This document shows, piece after piece, positions 7,105 to 15,766 of a stretch of DNA of 40,398 bases. The DNA is taken from positions 1 through 40,398 of IMG/VR virus record IMGVR_UViG_3300023059_000283; one strand, given 5' to 3'. The notes under the pieces were generated by a model, which ran no database searches, was not told the origin of the DNA, and was given only the letters and a program-made list of their open reading frames with translations. A program made the translations under genes and the position numbers. Position 1 is the first letter of the stretch, and every line of letters starts with the position of its first letter. The stretch is from a virus (Duplodnaviria; Caudoviricetes).

Positions 7105-7412
7105 GCCATCTGGCCCGTTCGACCGATATCAGCACCAGCCATGAGGCCGGGAGTTACTTGGCTGCCAGCGGCATCCAGCGTGACCAGCAGTCCAAGGCTG
7201 CTGCCGCTGTGAAGCAGCACCCCGGACTCACCAGCATGAAGCTGGCCGACGTGACCGGCCTGGACCGCTACATGCTGGCGCGCCGCCTGCCAGAGCTGCT
7301 GAAGAGCAAGCAGGTATGGCGCGGCCCGGCCATGCCGTGCCCGGTCAGCGGCCGCAGCGCGTGCACCTGGTGGCCTGTTGCCCCGGGCGACAACTACACC
7401 CTGGCGGTCTAA
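7101..7412 (+). CDS. Winged-HTH protein
   Basis: ARSTD.STSHEA motif plus PGLTS.KLA...RRLPEL HTH. Confidence 0.7.
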   Translation: MSHLARSTDISTSHEAGSYLAASGIQRDQQSKAAAAVKQHPGLTSMKLADVTGLDRYMLARRLPELLKSKQVWRGPAMPCPVSGRSACTWWPVAPGDNYTLAV

Positions 7413-7415
7413 ACC

Positions 7416-8303
7416 ATGTCTACGATCATCATGAGCCAGTGCTGGCCGTTGCAGAGTCTGAGTGTCACACAGAAGGCTGTGCTCATCTCCTTGGCCGATC
7501 AGGCCAACGACGACGGCGTGTGCTGGCCGGCCATCGGGACCATCGCTAAACGCTGCTGCATGTCGGCGCGCGCTGTGCGCGATGCAATGGATCACCTCGA
7601 GCTGGTGGGCCTGCTGTCGCGTGAGCGCCGCTTCAACAGCAGCAACGTCTATGCGGTCACTCCGGCGAAGTTCGATGCCTCCGCTGCCCCTTCGAAGAGC
7701 AAGCGAAAGGCCGGAAAAACGGGGGATGCACCGGGGGCAGGTGCTGCGCCCCATGCAGGGGGTGCGCCCGCTGCACCCGGGGATGCGCCCGGTGCAGGGG
7801 GTGAGGCAGGGGGCGCAGGTCTGGAGGTGCGCCCCGTGCCGCCTAACCGTCATATAACCCCCATTGAACCGTCAGAAGAACCGCCAGTTCCGGCGCTGGC
7901 CGCGCCGCTGTCCAAGGCGGCCCTCGAAGCGCAGATGCAGGAAGCCTGCAAGCAGACGTGGGCTGCCTACCGCACGGCCTACCGTCTGCGGCACGGCGTG
8001 GACCCGGTGCGCAACGCCAAGGTGAACACCAACGTGCGGGACTTGGTGAAGCGGCTGGGCCGGGAAGAGGCGCCACACGTGGCCGGCTGGTTCCTGAGCG
8101 TCAACGAGCAGTACGCCGTGAAGCGGATGCACGACCTGGGCGTGCTGCTGGTCGGGGCCGAGGCATACCGGACGCAGTGGGCCACTGGCCGGCAGGTCAC
8201 GACGACCAGCGCCCAGCACGTCGACCAGACCCAATCGAACCTGAGCGCCACAGATGAAGCGATCGAGCTGCTGCGCAGCCGGAGGCCGACCAATGCTGTC
8301 TGA
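7416..8303 (+). CDS. Replication initiator (lambda O-like, HTH_36)
   Basis: KAVLISLADQANDDGVCWPAIGTIA N-terminus typical of phage replication proteins; internal iteron repeats. Confidence 0.85.
   Translation: MSTIIMSQCWPLQSLSVTQKAVLISLADQANDDGVCWPAIGTIAKRCCMSARAVRDAMDHLELVGLLSRERRFNSSNVYAVTPAKFDASAAPSKSKRKAGKTGDAPGAGAAPHAGGAPAAPGDAPGAGGEAGGAGLEVRPVPPNRHITPIEPSEEPPVPALAAPLSKAALEAQMQEACKQTWAAYRTAYRLRHGVDPVRNAKVNTNVRDLVKRLGREEAPHVAGWFLSVNEQYAVKRMHDLGVLLVGAEAYRTQWATGRQVTTTSAQHVDQTQSNLSATDEAIELLRSRRPTNAV
7722..7841 (+). repeat. Iteron-like repeats (putative phage origin)
   Basis: Four 18-bp units with TGC-N7-GCA core plus degenerate copies within the initiator gene. Confidence 0.7.
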
Positions 8304-8946
8304 CCGCGAGCAAGAAGACCTGGTCAAGGGCCTGATGGCGACGGCCGAGGTGATTGGCGACCAGCTGCGCCCGATCGCAGCGGCGTACATGGTGCAAGAC
8401 CTGTCCTGCTACTCGATGGCGGTGCTGGAGCGCTCGCTGGCCGGGTGCCGCCGGGAACTGAAGGGTCGCCTGTCCCTCGCCGCAGTGTTGGAGCGCATCG
8501 ACGACGGCCACCCCGCACCGAACGAAGCTTGGGCGGTGGCCATTCAGGCAGCCGACGAGCGCAATACCGTGGTCTGGACCACGCTCACCCAGCAGGCATG
8601 GAACACCGCGCTGCCATTGGTGCAGGCCGGCGACAAGATCGCCGCCCGGCCCGCGTTCCTTGAGACCTACGCCCGTCTGCTGAAGGATGCGCGCGCTGCA
8701 CGCCTGCCGGCCAGCTACAGCCCGTCGCTGGGCTTCGACCTCACCAGCCGCAACGCGGCGCTCACGGATGCGGTGAGCAAGGGGCTGCTGGCCCACGACC
8801 AGGTGAGGGACCACCTGCAGCTGACCGCCGCGACGCCGGCCTTCAACGCGGTGGCCCTGTTGGCTGGGAAGGTCGAGGCCTCCCCAGGTGCCAACGCGAA
8901 GATCTTGGCGCGTCTGGAGGAACTGGCACGGGAGCTGGCCGCCTGA
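8293..8946 (+). CDS. Putative helicase loader / replication protein
   Basis: GGAGG RBS, ATG 8293 overlapping the initiator stop; P-gene position; function inferred from synteny. Confidence 0.55.
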   Translation: MLSDREQEDLVKGLMATAEVIGDQLRPIAAAYMVQDLSCYSMAVLERSLAGCRRELKGRLSLAAVLERIDDGHPAPNEAWAVAIQAADERNTVVWTTLTQQAWNTALPLVQAGDKIAARPAFLETYARLLKDARAARLPASYSPSLGFDLTSRNAALTDAVSKGLLAHDQVRDHLQLTAATPAFNAVALLAGKVEASPGANAKILARLEELARELAA

Positions 8947-9155
8947 TGCGCTCGGACAACAACCAGCTGGACATCTTCGTCCACGACCCCCGCCTCAGCG
9001 CCGCTCGGGAGGCGCCCTTGTGGCGTGCCGCCGCTGCGCAGGCCCTGATGGACTTTCAGTTCAGCGCAGTGGTGCGGAAGGACCGCCACGACTACTACCT
9101 GGCGAAAGCCGTCGAGCTGGAAGAAGTCGCCGCCCAGTCCAAGGCTGCGGCCTGA
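8946..9155 (+). CDS. Small phage protein with N-terminal QLDIF motif
   Basis: TGATG coupling at both ends. Confidence 0.65.
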   Translation: MRSDNNQLDIFVHDPRLSAAREAPLWRAAAAQALMDFQFSAVVRKDRHDYYLAKAVELEEVAAQSKAAA

Positions 9156-9520
9156 TGTGGTCCAGCGCTCCACCTCCGACGAAGGCCGAGGCCGCACGGA
9201 TCGAGCTCGCCAAGACCGGCCCCTGCATGGCCTGTCTGGTCCGGTTCTCCGAGGGCCTGATGGCTCAGCGCCACGTCGTCTACGGCTGTGAATACAACCA
9301 CGCCAAGTCGGGAAACTTCCGGCGCGGCCACTTCTTCGGCTACGCGCTGTGCCAATGGCATCACCAGCGCTACCGGCACGAGCACATGACCCAGCAGCAG
9401 ATGGTGGACCGGTGGGGACCGCCGCTGCACTGGTCGAAGAAATTTCACGAGGCATTCGGCTCGGACGACGAGCTGATCGATCAACAGACCTACATCAACG
9501 AAATCAGGATGGCTGCGTGA
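9155..9520 (+). CDS. Ref-family (recombination enhancement) HNH-like nuclease
   Basis: CMAC...EYNH..SG..RGH...ALCQWHH...FHEAFGSDDEL motif pattern. Confidence 0.75.
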   Translation: MWSSAPPPTKAEAARIELAKTGPCMACLVRFSEGLMAQRHVVYGCEYNHAKSGNFRRGHFFGYALCQWHHQRYRHEHMTQQQMVDRWGPPLHWSKKFHEAFGSDDELIDQQTYINEIRMAA

Positions 9521-9987
9521 GCGAGAGCAACAAGACATACGCCGATCAGGTTCGTTCGGCGTTCGACGAGGCCCCGGCGGAGGGACTGGGTTACGCCAGC
9601 CTGTACGAGAAGCTGGCCGCCGATGGCATGGACATCGAGTGCGGCAAGGAGCGCATCAGCAGCGTGCTGCGCTACTTGGTCGCACGGGGCTACTTGCTCA
9701 GGCAGGGCGAGCGTGAAAACGCCCGATTCCGCAGAAGCGGCGCGACGATGGCTCGGCCACGGCTGACGGAATCGCAGAGGGCAGAGCGCACCAAGGTAAG
9801 GAACCGCCGGCGCGCGGAGAGGGCTAGGGCTGCGCGCGGTGCGACGGTCGGGGTGCGCGCCGCCATGATTCCGAAGCCTGTCTTGGCGGCTCCAGCGGCC
9901 AAGCCCGTTTTCGAGACGTTCGAGCACTGGAAGGCGAGGGGCGGCGAGGTCGAGCGCCTGACTGCGGCCTGGGAACGGCCGGGATAG
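9517..9987 (+). CDS. Hypothetical winged-helix-like basic protein
   Basis: GTGA overlap; ISSVLRYLVARGYL wHTH-like segment. Confidence 0.6.
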   Translation: MSESNKTYADQVRSAFDEAPAEGLGYASLYEKLAADGMDIECGKERISSVLRYLVARGYLLRQGERENARFRRSGATMARPRLTESQRAERTKVRNRRRAERARAARGATVGVRAAMIPKPVLAAPAAKPVFETFEHWKARGGEVERLTAAWERPG

Positions 9988-10036
9988 AGGTGCAGGCGTC
10001 GCGATCGGTGCGACGCACTGGGAAGAAGCTGGACGG

Positions 10037-10240
10037 ATGGACCTGACCCGCTACGACGACAAGGCGCTGGCGCTGCTGAGCAGCATCCAGCAAGACATAG
10101 CCGCGATGCGATGGACGAGGGCGTGGACCGCCCCAGCCGTACGCCGCGAGGCACAGCAGGCACTGCGCCGGGCACGCGCGCTGCGCCGTGAAATCAATCG
10201 ACGAGAGCACAAGGGGAAAGGCCATGGGGAATGTACGTGA
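10037..10240 (+). CDS. Hypothetical protein
   Basis: GGA RBS; overlaps the start of the Q-like gene. Confidence 0.5.
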   Translation: MDLTRYDDKALALLSSIQQDIAAMRWTRAWTAPAVRREAQQALRRARALRREINRREHKGKGHGECT

Positions 10241-10931
10241 GCTGCTGTCCAGCCGGATGGGGCCAACAACGGTGAAATTCGACACCGGCCGTGGCGGCAC
10301 GCCGGACCTGACCACGCAGGACATTGCCGCAGCGCTGGGTATGGTGCCTGCCGGCTTGGGGCGTGAGCTGCTGGAGGCCCTGTGGTGGCCGGAGAGTGCA
10401 GCGCGCCGCATCGACCATCTGCGAAAGGCCGTCATCGCGCTGGTGGCTCCGGAATACAACCGACACCAGCAGGTGCTGAGCCTGGCGCGTACGGAATACG
10501 GCATCGCCAAAACCTGCATGGGCTGGGCGGGAAACGCGGTGACGGACATGCAGCGCCGGGAGTTTGCGCGCGCTGAGGCAAAGCTGGAGGCCACGCGCGC
10601 GCTGTGTTGGCCCATCAGCACCATGGAGCAACTTGGCGGACTGGCCGTGGCTGTGATCGGCGAAATGGCTGCTGCCGGCTGCTGCAAGCGATGCGAAGGG
10701 GCGCGGACACAGGCTGCGCCGGAGGGCACCGGCGTCGTGGAGTGCGAAGCATGCGATGGCAGTGGCCTGGAGCAGCTGAGCGGCAGGAAGCGTGCAGCAG
10801 CCATCGGGGCCGATTGCTCGGCATACAGCAGGTTCTGGCAGCCGGTGTACGAATGGATGCTCATCCAGATGCGCGCGGCTGAGAACGAAGCTGCACGGCA
10901 GTTCAGTCAGGCGCTTTCGCGCGCTGCATAG
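10224..10931 (+). CDS. Q-like late antitermination protein
   Basis: T.QDIAAALG motif, CKRCEG/CEACDGSG zinc finger; immediately upstream of the late promoter, terminator and lysis genes. Confidence 0.75.
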   Translation: MGNVRELLSSRMGPTTVKFDTGRGGTPDLTTQDIAAALGMVPAGLGRELLEALWWPESAARRIDHLRKAVIALVAPEYNRHQQVLSLARTEYGIAKTCMGWAGNAVTDMQRREFARAEAKLEATRALCWPISTMEQLGGLAVAVIGEMAAAGCCKRCEGARTQAAPEGTGVVECEACDGSGLEQLSGRKRAAAIGADCSAYSRFWQPVYEWMLIQMRAAENEAARQFSQALSRAA

Positions 10932-10938
10932 CGATGAC

Positions 10939-10968
10939 TTGAAGGGTCATCGGAAACAGGGGCATTCT
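10939..10968 (+). promoter_or_regulatory. pR'-like late promoter
   Basis: TTGAAG-N18-CATTCT right after Q; GATGAC/GTCATC inverted repeat around the -35. Confidence 0.5.
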
Positions 10969-10985
10969 TGCCACTATCCAGACGC

Positions 10986-11016
10986 AAGCCCCGGCCACAG
11001 CCGGGGCTTTTTCTTT
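10986..11016 (+). terminator. tR'-like terminator
   Basis: AAGCCCCGGC-CACA-GCCGGGGCTT followed by T-rich tract. Confidence 0.85.
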
Positions 11017-11097
11017 GCCCGCTTCCCAGACCGGATTAACCCTCGCGCCAAGCCGGCAGAGGGGCGGGCACCTATTGACCAAACCGGGAGGGGCGAT

Positions 11098-11334
11098 ATG
11101 CCGAACCGGACAATCCACGGGGCAACCATGCGGGACGAAATCATCAGCACCGCGGCGAGTGCTGCGGCAAAGGTCACGCCGCCGGTCGCGGTGGCCGGGG
11201 CCGTCGCCGGCGGCGTCAACCTCGATCGCCTGGTCGTGATCTTGACCGTCGTGTACCTGGTCGGCCAGATCACCTATCTGGTTTGGCGCTGGGTCCGCGA
11301 GTGGCGGCAGGCTGCCAAGGCGACCAAGGCATGA
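11098..11334 (+). CDS. Holin (T7 gp17.5-like pattern)
   Basis: KVTPPVAV...VVILTVVYLVGQI TM and basic tail; immediately before the endolysin; alternative ATG at 11128. Confidence 0.8.
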   Translation: MPNRTIHGATMRDEIISTAASAAAKVTPPVAVAGAVAGGVNLDRLVVILTVVYLVGQITYLVWRWVREWRQAAKATKA

Positions 11335-11870
11335 GCGGGCCCGGTGGCGCGCCAGGTCGGTCGCTGGTGGCGCTTCTGGTCCTGAGCGCGGCCGGCTTGG
11401 TCGCGATCGTATCGAGGGAGGGCTACACCGATACGGCCGTCATCCCCACCAAGAACGACCGCCCCACCGTCGGCTTCGGCTCGACCTTCCATGCCGACGG
11501 CACGCCGGTGCGGCTCGGTGATCGAATCACTCCGGATCGCGCCCTGCACACTGCTCAGGCGCACATCGCCGGTGAGGAAAAGCGGTTCCGCGCCTCGCTA
11601 CCTGGCGTCTACCTCACCCAGGGCGAGTACGACCTCTATCTGGACTTCACGTACCAATACGGGACAGGCAACTGGCAGGCATCTTCTATGCGGCGCCAAC
11701 TGCTGGTGGGCAACTACCGTGCCGCCTGTGATGCCCTTCTGCTGTGGAAGCACGCCGGCGGATACGACTGCTCGACGCTGATCAACGGCAAGCCTAACAA
11801 GGTGTGTTGGGGCGTGTGGGATCGGCAGCTGGAGCGGCATGCTAAGTGCGTTGCCGAGCTTGCTCCATGA
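11331..11870 (+). CDS. SAR endolysin (GH24 lysozyme)
   Basis: N-terminal Ala/Gly/Leu SAR segment, then EG...PTVGFGST catalytic region, LTQGEYD and ACDALLLW motifs. Confidence 0.9.
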   Translation: MSGPGGAPGRSLVALLVLSAAGLVAIVSREGYTDTAVIPTKNDRPTVGFGSTFHADGTPVRLGDRITPDRALHTAQAHIAGEEKRFRASLPGVYLTQGEYDLYLDFTYQYGTGNWQASSMRRQLLVGNYRAACDALLLWKHAGGYDCSTLINGKPNKVCWGVWDRQLERHAKCVAELAP

Positions 11871-12376
11871 GCCGGGGCCACGTGGTCGTTGGGCTGCTGA
11901 TCGCATGGGCCGTGTGCTGTGTGCTGTCGTTCGCTGCAGGCTGGTCCTGGCGCGGCGATCGCGCGGCTCTCAGTACCGCCAGGGCCGAGGTGGCTGACGG
12001 ACGGGAAGCCTTGGCCGGAGAGCAGGTGGCGCGGTCGGTCGATCAGGAACAGATGGCAGGCGTCCAGCAGGCGGGAGATACCGCCGACGAGCGAGAGGAA
12101 AAGATCAATGCTGACTATCAAGAGCGCATCGCGGCTGCTATTGCTGGCCGCGACGGTGAGCTTGGCCGCCTGCGCGGCCACTGGGCCAGTTGCGAAACCA
12201 GCCGCCTGGCCGACGGTGCCGCCGCTGCCGCAGCGGCTGCAGAACAAGACCGACTACGCCGGCTCGGTGCGGCTGGAATTGTACGGGCCTGCGAACTCGC
12301 CCAGTCCGAGCGAGACGAGACCGTAGACCGATACCGGGCCGTCGAGACGGCCATCAACGGCGCCAAGCGCCCCTGA
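11867..12376 (+). CDS. Rz: i-spanin
   Basis: N-terminal TM then coiled coil; follows the endolysin with ATGA overlap. Confidence 0.85.
   Translation: MSRGHVVVGLLIAWAVCCVLSFAAGWSWRGDRAALSTARAEVADGREALAGEQVARSVDQEQMAGVQQAGDTADEREEKINADYQERIAAAIAGRDGELGRLRGHWASCETSRLADGAAAAAAAAEQDRLRRLGAAGIVRACELAQSERDETVDRYRAVETAINGAKRP
12108..12326 (+). CDS. Rz1: o-spanin lipoprotein embedded in Rz
   Basis: +1 frame inside Rz; GAGGA RBS; signal peptide with LAAC lipobox and Pro-rich mature part. Confidence 0.85.
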   Translation: MLTIKSASRLLLLAATVSLAACAATGPVAKPAAWPTVPPLPQRLQNKTDYAGSVRLELYGPANSPSPSETRP

Positions 12377-12391
12377 TCCTTGGAGATCACC

Positions 12392-12682
12392 ATGTCCCGA
12401 ACCATCAAAGTACTCGGCGTCACCCTGTGGCCGACTCCCTCCCAGCGGCTCGCACAGCGCCTGCGCGCCCTCGAGGTGGACGGTGAGGCCCTGCGCTGCG
12501 AGCTCGCCGCGGTCAAGGCGCACGGCGAGGATGTCGATTCCGCTGCCGGCTCGCAGATCAGTTCGCTCACCAGTCATCTGGCCGCGATCAATGGGGTGCT
12601 GATCGAAGTGCAGGACCGCCTGCCTCCGCTGCCCAAGAGCAAGAAGGCCAAGGCCCAGGTCCGCCGCCGCAGCCCGCGCTGA
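12392..12682 (+). CDS. Hypothetical coiled-coil protein
   Basis: GGAG RBS before ATG 12392; coupled to the next gene. Confidence 0.6.
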   Translation: MSRTIKVLGVTLWPTPSQRLAQRLRALEVDGEALRCELAAVKAHGEDVDSAAGSQISSLTSHLAAINGVLIEVQDRLPPLPKSKKAKAQVRRRSPR

Positions 12683-13035
12683 TGGCGGGGCAGGGCAAGG
12701 CCATGTTGGCGCTTGGCCGGCTCAAGGTCGGCCAGATGAACAAGACCGAGGCCGCCTACGCGGAGCGGCTACGCCAGCTAGAGGCCACCGGTGAGATCCA
12801 GTGGCACAAGTTCGAGGGCATCAAGCTGCGCCTGGCTGACGGCATGTTCTACACGCCCGACTTTGCGGTGCTAGCCGCTGATGGCGTGATGGAGCTGCAC
12901 GAGGTCAAAGGCTTCTGGATGGACGATGCCAGGGTCAAGATCAAGATGGCTGCCGCGCTTTACCCCATGCGCTTCATTGCGGTCCGGGTGAAGCCGAAGC
13001 GGGACGGAGGCGGTTGGGCCGTCGAGGAGTTCTGA
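12682..13035 (+). CDS. DUF1064-like PD-(D/E)XK nuclease
   Basis: NKTEAAY...YTPDF...EVKG motif. Confidence 0.75.
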   Translation: MAGQGKAMLALGRLKVGQMNKTEAAYAERLRQLEATGEIQWHKFEGIKLRLADGMFYTPDFAVLAADGVMELHEVKGFWMDDARVKIKMAAALYPMRFIAVRVKPKRDGGGWAVEEF

Positions 13036-13250
13036 TGGACGAGCGCATAGACCGCCTACTGTCGTTGGCCGAGCAGCAGCACGCCACGATCGTGGAGCAG
13101 GGACGACAGATCGCTCAACAGGCTGAACAGATCGGACTGCTCACGCAGTCGGTCGTGCTGCTGCTGGACGAAGAGGTGGGCGTGCCAGTGCCGGACGCCG
13201 ACGCCGCGGCAGAGCCGCAGCGCACCGACATGGACGGGAAGCCGTACTGA
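13035..13250 (+). CDS. Hypothetical small protein
   Basis: GAGGAG RBS, TGATG coupling on both sides. Confidence 0.65.
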   Translation: MDERIDRLLSLAEQQHATIVEQGRQIAQQAEQIGLLTQSVVLLLDEEVGVPVPDADAAAEPQRTDMDGKPY

Positions 13251-13636
13251 TGCCGACGAGGCCCGCCCAGCACCGGCCGACCGGCTGGAAGCCCTATAAG
13301 GAAGACGCAAGACAGGTGAGGCGACGGCAGACCCGGAGGGCGTTGCCGACCAATTCGGCCGCATGGCGAAAGATGCGGGCTGCCCACCTGGCGCGTGAGC
13401 CGCTGTGCCGACACTGCTCTGCATTGGGCATGGTCAAGGCGGCAACGGATGTAGACCACATCGACGGCGACGACGCCAACAACGACCCGGGCAACCACCA
13501 GTCCCTCTGCAGGTCCTGCCACAGCGCGAAGACCGCGCGCGAGAACGGCGGGTTCGGGCGGCCCGCGTGGAACCCCAACGGCCGCGACGCGTTCCACGGC
13601 GGAGGTCGCCAAGGGAGGGGGGAGGGTGAAAGTTGA
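13250..13636 (+). CDS. HNH endonuclease (packaging-associated, HK97 gp74-like)
   Basis: PLCRHC...VDHIDGD..NN...N.QSLCRSCHSAKT; just upstream of terS. Confidence 0.9.
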   Translation: MPTRPAQHRPTGWKPYKEDARQVRRRQTRRALPTNSAAWRKMRAAHLAREPLCRHCSALGMVKAATDVDHIDGDDANNDPGNHQSLCRSCHSAKTARENGGFGRPAWNPNGRDAFHGGGRQGRGEGES

Positions 13637-13711
13637 GGCTGAACGCCTCGCGATACGCGCGCCCTCTTTTGGTGGCATTTCCACAGAATTTGAATTTCGA
13701 GGTTGGGCGCG

Positions 13712-14092
13712 ATGGCGAGGCACAAGCAGCCGGCCGAGCTGGCCAAGCTGAAAGGGGCCGAGAAGAAGAACCCCCAGCGCTACAAGAAGGTTGCCCCGAC
13801 CACCGGCAAGGCACTCGGCAAGCCACCGGGGCACCTGCCCGACGACGTGGTCGACGTCTGGAAGGAACTGGACAAGTGCTCGCTGCCAGGGGTGCTGACC
13901 AGCGCCGACCGGTTCGTCATGGAGGTGGCCGCGTCGTTGCTAGCTGAGTTCCGCGCCAACCGTGCCGACTTCAAGGCGGCCAAGTACTCGCACCTGATCG
14001 GCTGCCTGGCGCGGCTCGGCCTCACGCCGGCGGATCGCCAGAAGCTTGGGACCGAGAAGCCCCAGGAGGGCAATCCATTCGACGAGTTCTGA
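13712..14092 (+). CDS. terS: Terminase small subunit
   Basis: PPGHL...W...LGLTPADR P27-family motif; precedes terL. Confidence 0.85.
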   Translation: MARHKQPAELAKLKGAEKKNPQRYKKVAPTTGKALGKPPGHLPDDVVDVWKELDKCSLPGVLTSADRFVMEVAASLLAEFRANRADFKAAKYSHLIGCLARLGLTPADRQKLGTEKPQEGNPFDEF

Positions 14093-14095
14093 TGC

Positions 14096-15766
14096 ATGAC
14101 CCCGAGCGAATCTGCCAAGGCCTACGCACGCAGCGTGGTGGCCGGGAAGATTCCGGCTGGACGGTACATCATCCTGGCTTGCCAGCGGTTTCTGGATGAC
14201 CTGAAGCGCACGGGCCCTGACTGGCCGTACAAGTACGACGCGGCCAAGGCCGATCGCGCGGTCAAGTTCCAAGAGCTGATGCCCCACACGAAGGGCAAGT
14301 GGGCGGCGAAAAAACAGCGACTGGTGTACGAGCCGTGGCAGCACTTCATCGAGTGCAACCTGTTCGGCTGGGTCCGCAAGTCCACCGGCATGCGCCGGTT
14401 CCGCGAGTCCTACGAAGAGATCCCCCGAAAGAACGGGAAGTCGCTTCGCCTTGCTGCACGGGGCCTGTACCTGTTCGCGGCCGACGGCGAGGCCGGTGCC
14501 GAGATCTACTCGGGTGCGACCAGCGAAAAGCAGGCCTTCGAGGTGTACCGGCCGGCTTGGCAGATGGTCCAGAAGATGCCCGCGCTGCGTGCGCGTTTCG
14601 GCATCGAGCAGTCGGGCAACCCGAAGAACCCCGGCTCCATGTTTGTCATGGAGGACATGTCGAAGTTCGAGCCAATGATCGGCAAGCCGGGTGACGGGTC
14701 CAGCCCGCACGCGGCGCTGGTGGACGAATACCACGAGCACGACACCGACCACATGGTCGATGCGATGCAGACTGGCATGGGCGCGCGAGAGCAGCCCTTG
14801 CTGGGGATCATCACCACCGCCGGGACCAACTTGGGCGGGCCGTGTTACGAGAAGCGGCGCGATGTGATCCGAATTCTGGAAGGCGAGGTCACCGACGAAA
14901 CCATCTTCGGCATGATCTTCGGCATCGACGAGGGCGATCGGTGGGACGATCCGGCGAGCCTGCGCAAGGCCAACCCCAACTACGGCGTTTCGGTATTCGA
15001 AGAGTTCCTGTTGGCGCAGCTGGCGCAGGCCAAACGGTCTGCCAGCAAGCAAAGCGCCTTCCGTACCAAGCACCTAAACGACTGGGTGGGCGCCAAGCTC
15101 GCCTGGATGAACATGCTGGCGTGGCAGCGGCAGAAGCGGTCGTTCGACCTCGACGACTTCGACGGCTGCCGCTGCTGGGTCGGCGTCGATCTCGCATCGA
15201 AGCTGGACGTTGCGGCGGTGGTGATGCTGTTCGAGAAGGACGGCTCCTTCTACGTTGTTCCGCGCTTCTACGTGCCGGAAGCAGCGGTAGAGGAAAACGA
15301 GCGCTACCAGCTGTATGTGCTGGAAGGCCTGATGGTAGCAACGCCAGGGAACATGACCGACTACGCGTTCATCGAGGAAGAGCTGAAAGAGCTGGCGGCG
15401 CGAGGGATCGACATTCAGGACATCGCCTTCGATCCGACCCAAGCGACCTACGTCATGACCAGGCTTGGCCAAGAGGGCCTGCCAGTGGTGGAGATGGCCC
15501 AGTCGGTCCGCAACCTCTCCGAGCCGATGAAGGAAGTTGAGGCCCTGATCTTGTCCCACCAGCTGTGGCACGACGGCAACGCCGCGCTGACTTGGATGAT
15601 GGGCAACGTGGTGGCGCGGATAGACGCGAAGGAGCACGTGTATCCCCGGAAGGAATCGAACGACAACAAGATCGACGGCGCAGTGGCGCTGATCATGGCC
15701 ATGGCCCGCGCGATGCAAGCGCAGGACACCGGTCAAATTCAACAGGGCTTCGTGGTGATGGACTGA
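14096..15766 (+). CDS. terL: Terminase large subunit
   Basis: Walker A PRKNGKS, Walker B LVDEYH, nuclease GVDLAS...KIDGAVA. Confidence 0.97.
   Translation: MTPSESAKAYARSVVAGKIPAGRYIILACQRFLDDLKRTGPDWPYKYDAAKADRAVKFQELMPHTKGKWAAKKQRLVYEPWQHFIECNLFGWVRKSTGMRRFRESYEEIPRKNGKSLRLAARGLYLFAADGEAGAEIYSGATSEKQAFEVYRPAWQMVQKMPALRARFGIEQSGNPKNPGSMFVMEDMSKFEPMIGKPGDGSSPHAALVDEYHEHDTDHMVDAMQTGMGAREQPLLGIITTAGTNLGGPCYEKRRDVIRILEGEVTDETIFGMIFGIDEGDRWDDPASLRKANPNYGVSVFEEFLLAQLAQAKRSASKQSAFRTKHLNDWVGAKLAWMNMLAWQRQKRSFDLDDFDGCRCWVGVDLASKLDVAAVVMLFEKDGSFYVVPRFYVPEAAVEENERYQLYVLEGLMVATPGNMTDYAFIEEELKELAARGIDIQDIAFDPTQATYVMTRLGQEGLPVVEMAQSVRNLSEPMKEVEALILSHQLWHDGNAALTWMMGNVVARIDAKEHVYPRKESNDNKIDGAVALIMAMARAMQAQDTGQIQQGFVVMD

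Noticed and set aside
7722-7841. Repeats as a CRISPR-like array
   Set aside because: No spacers, in-frame within a CDS, no cas genes; better explained as iterons
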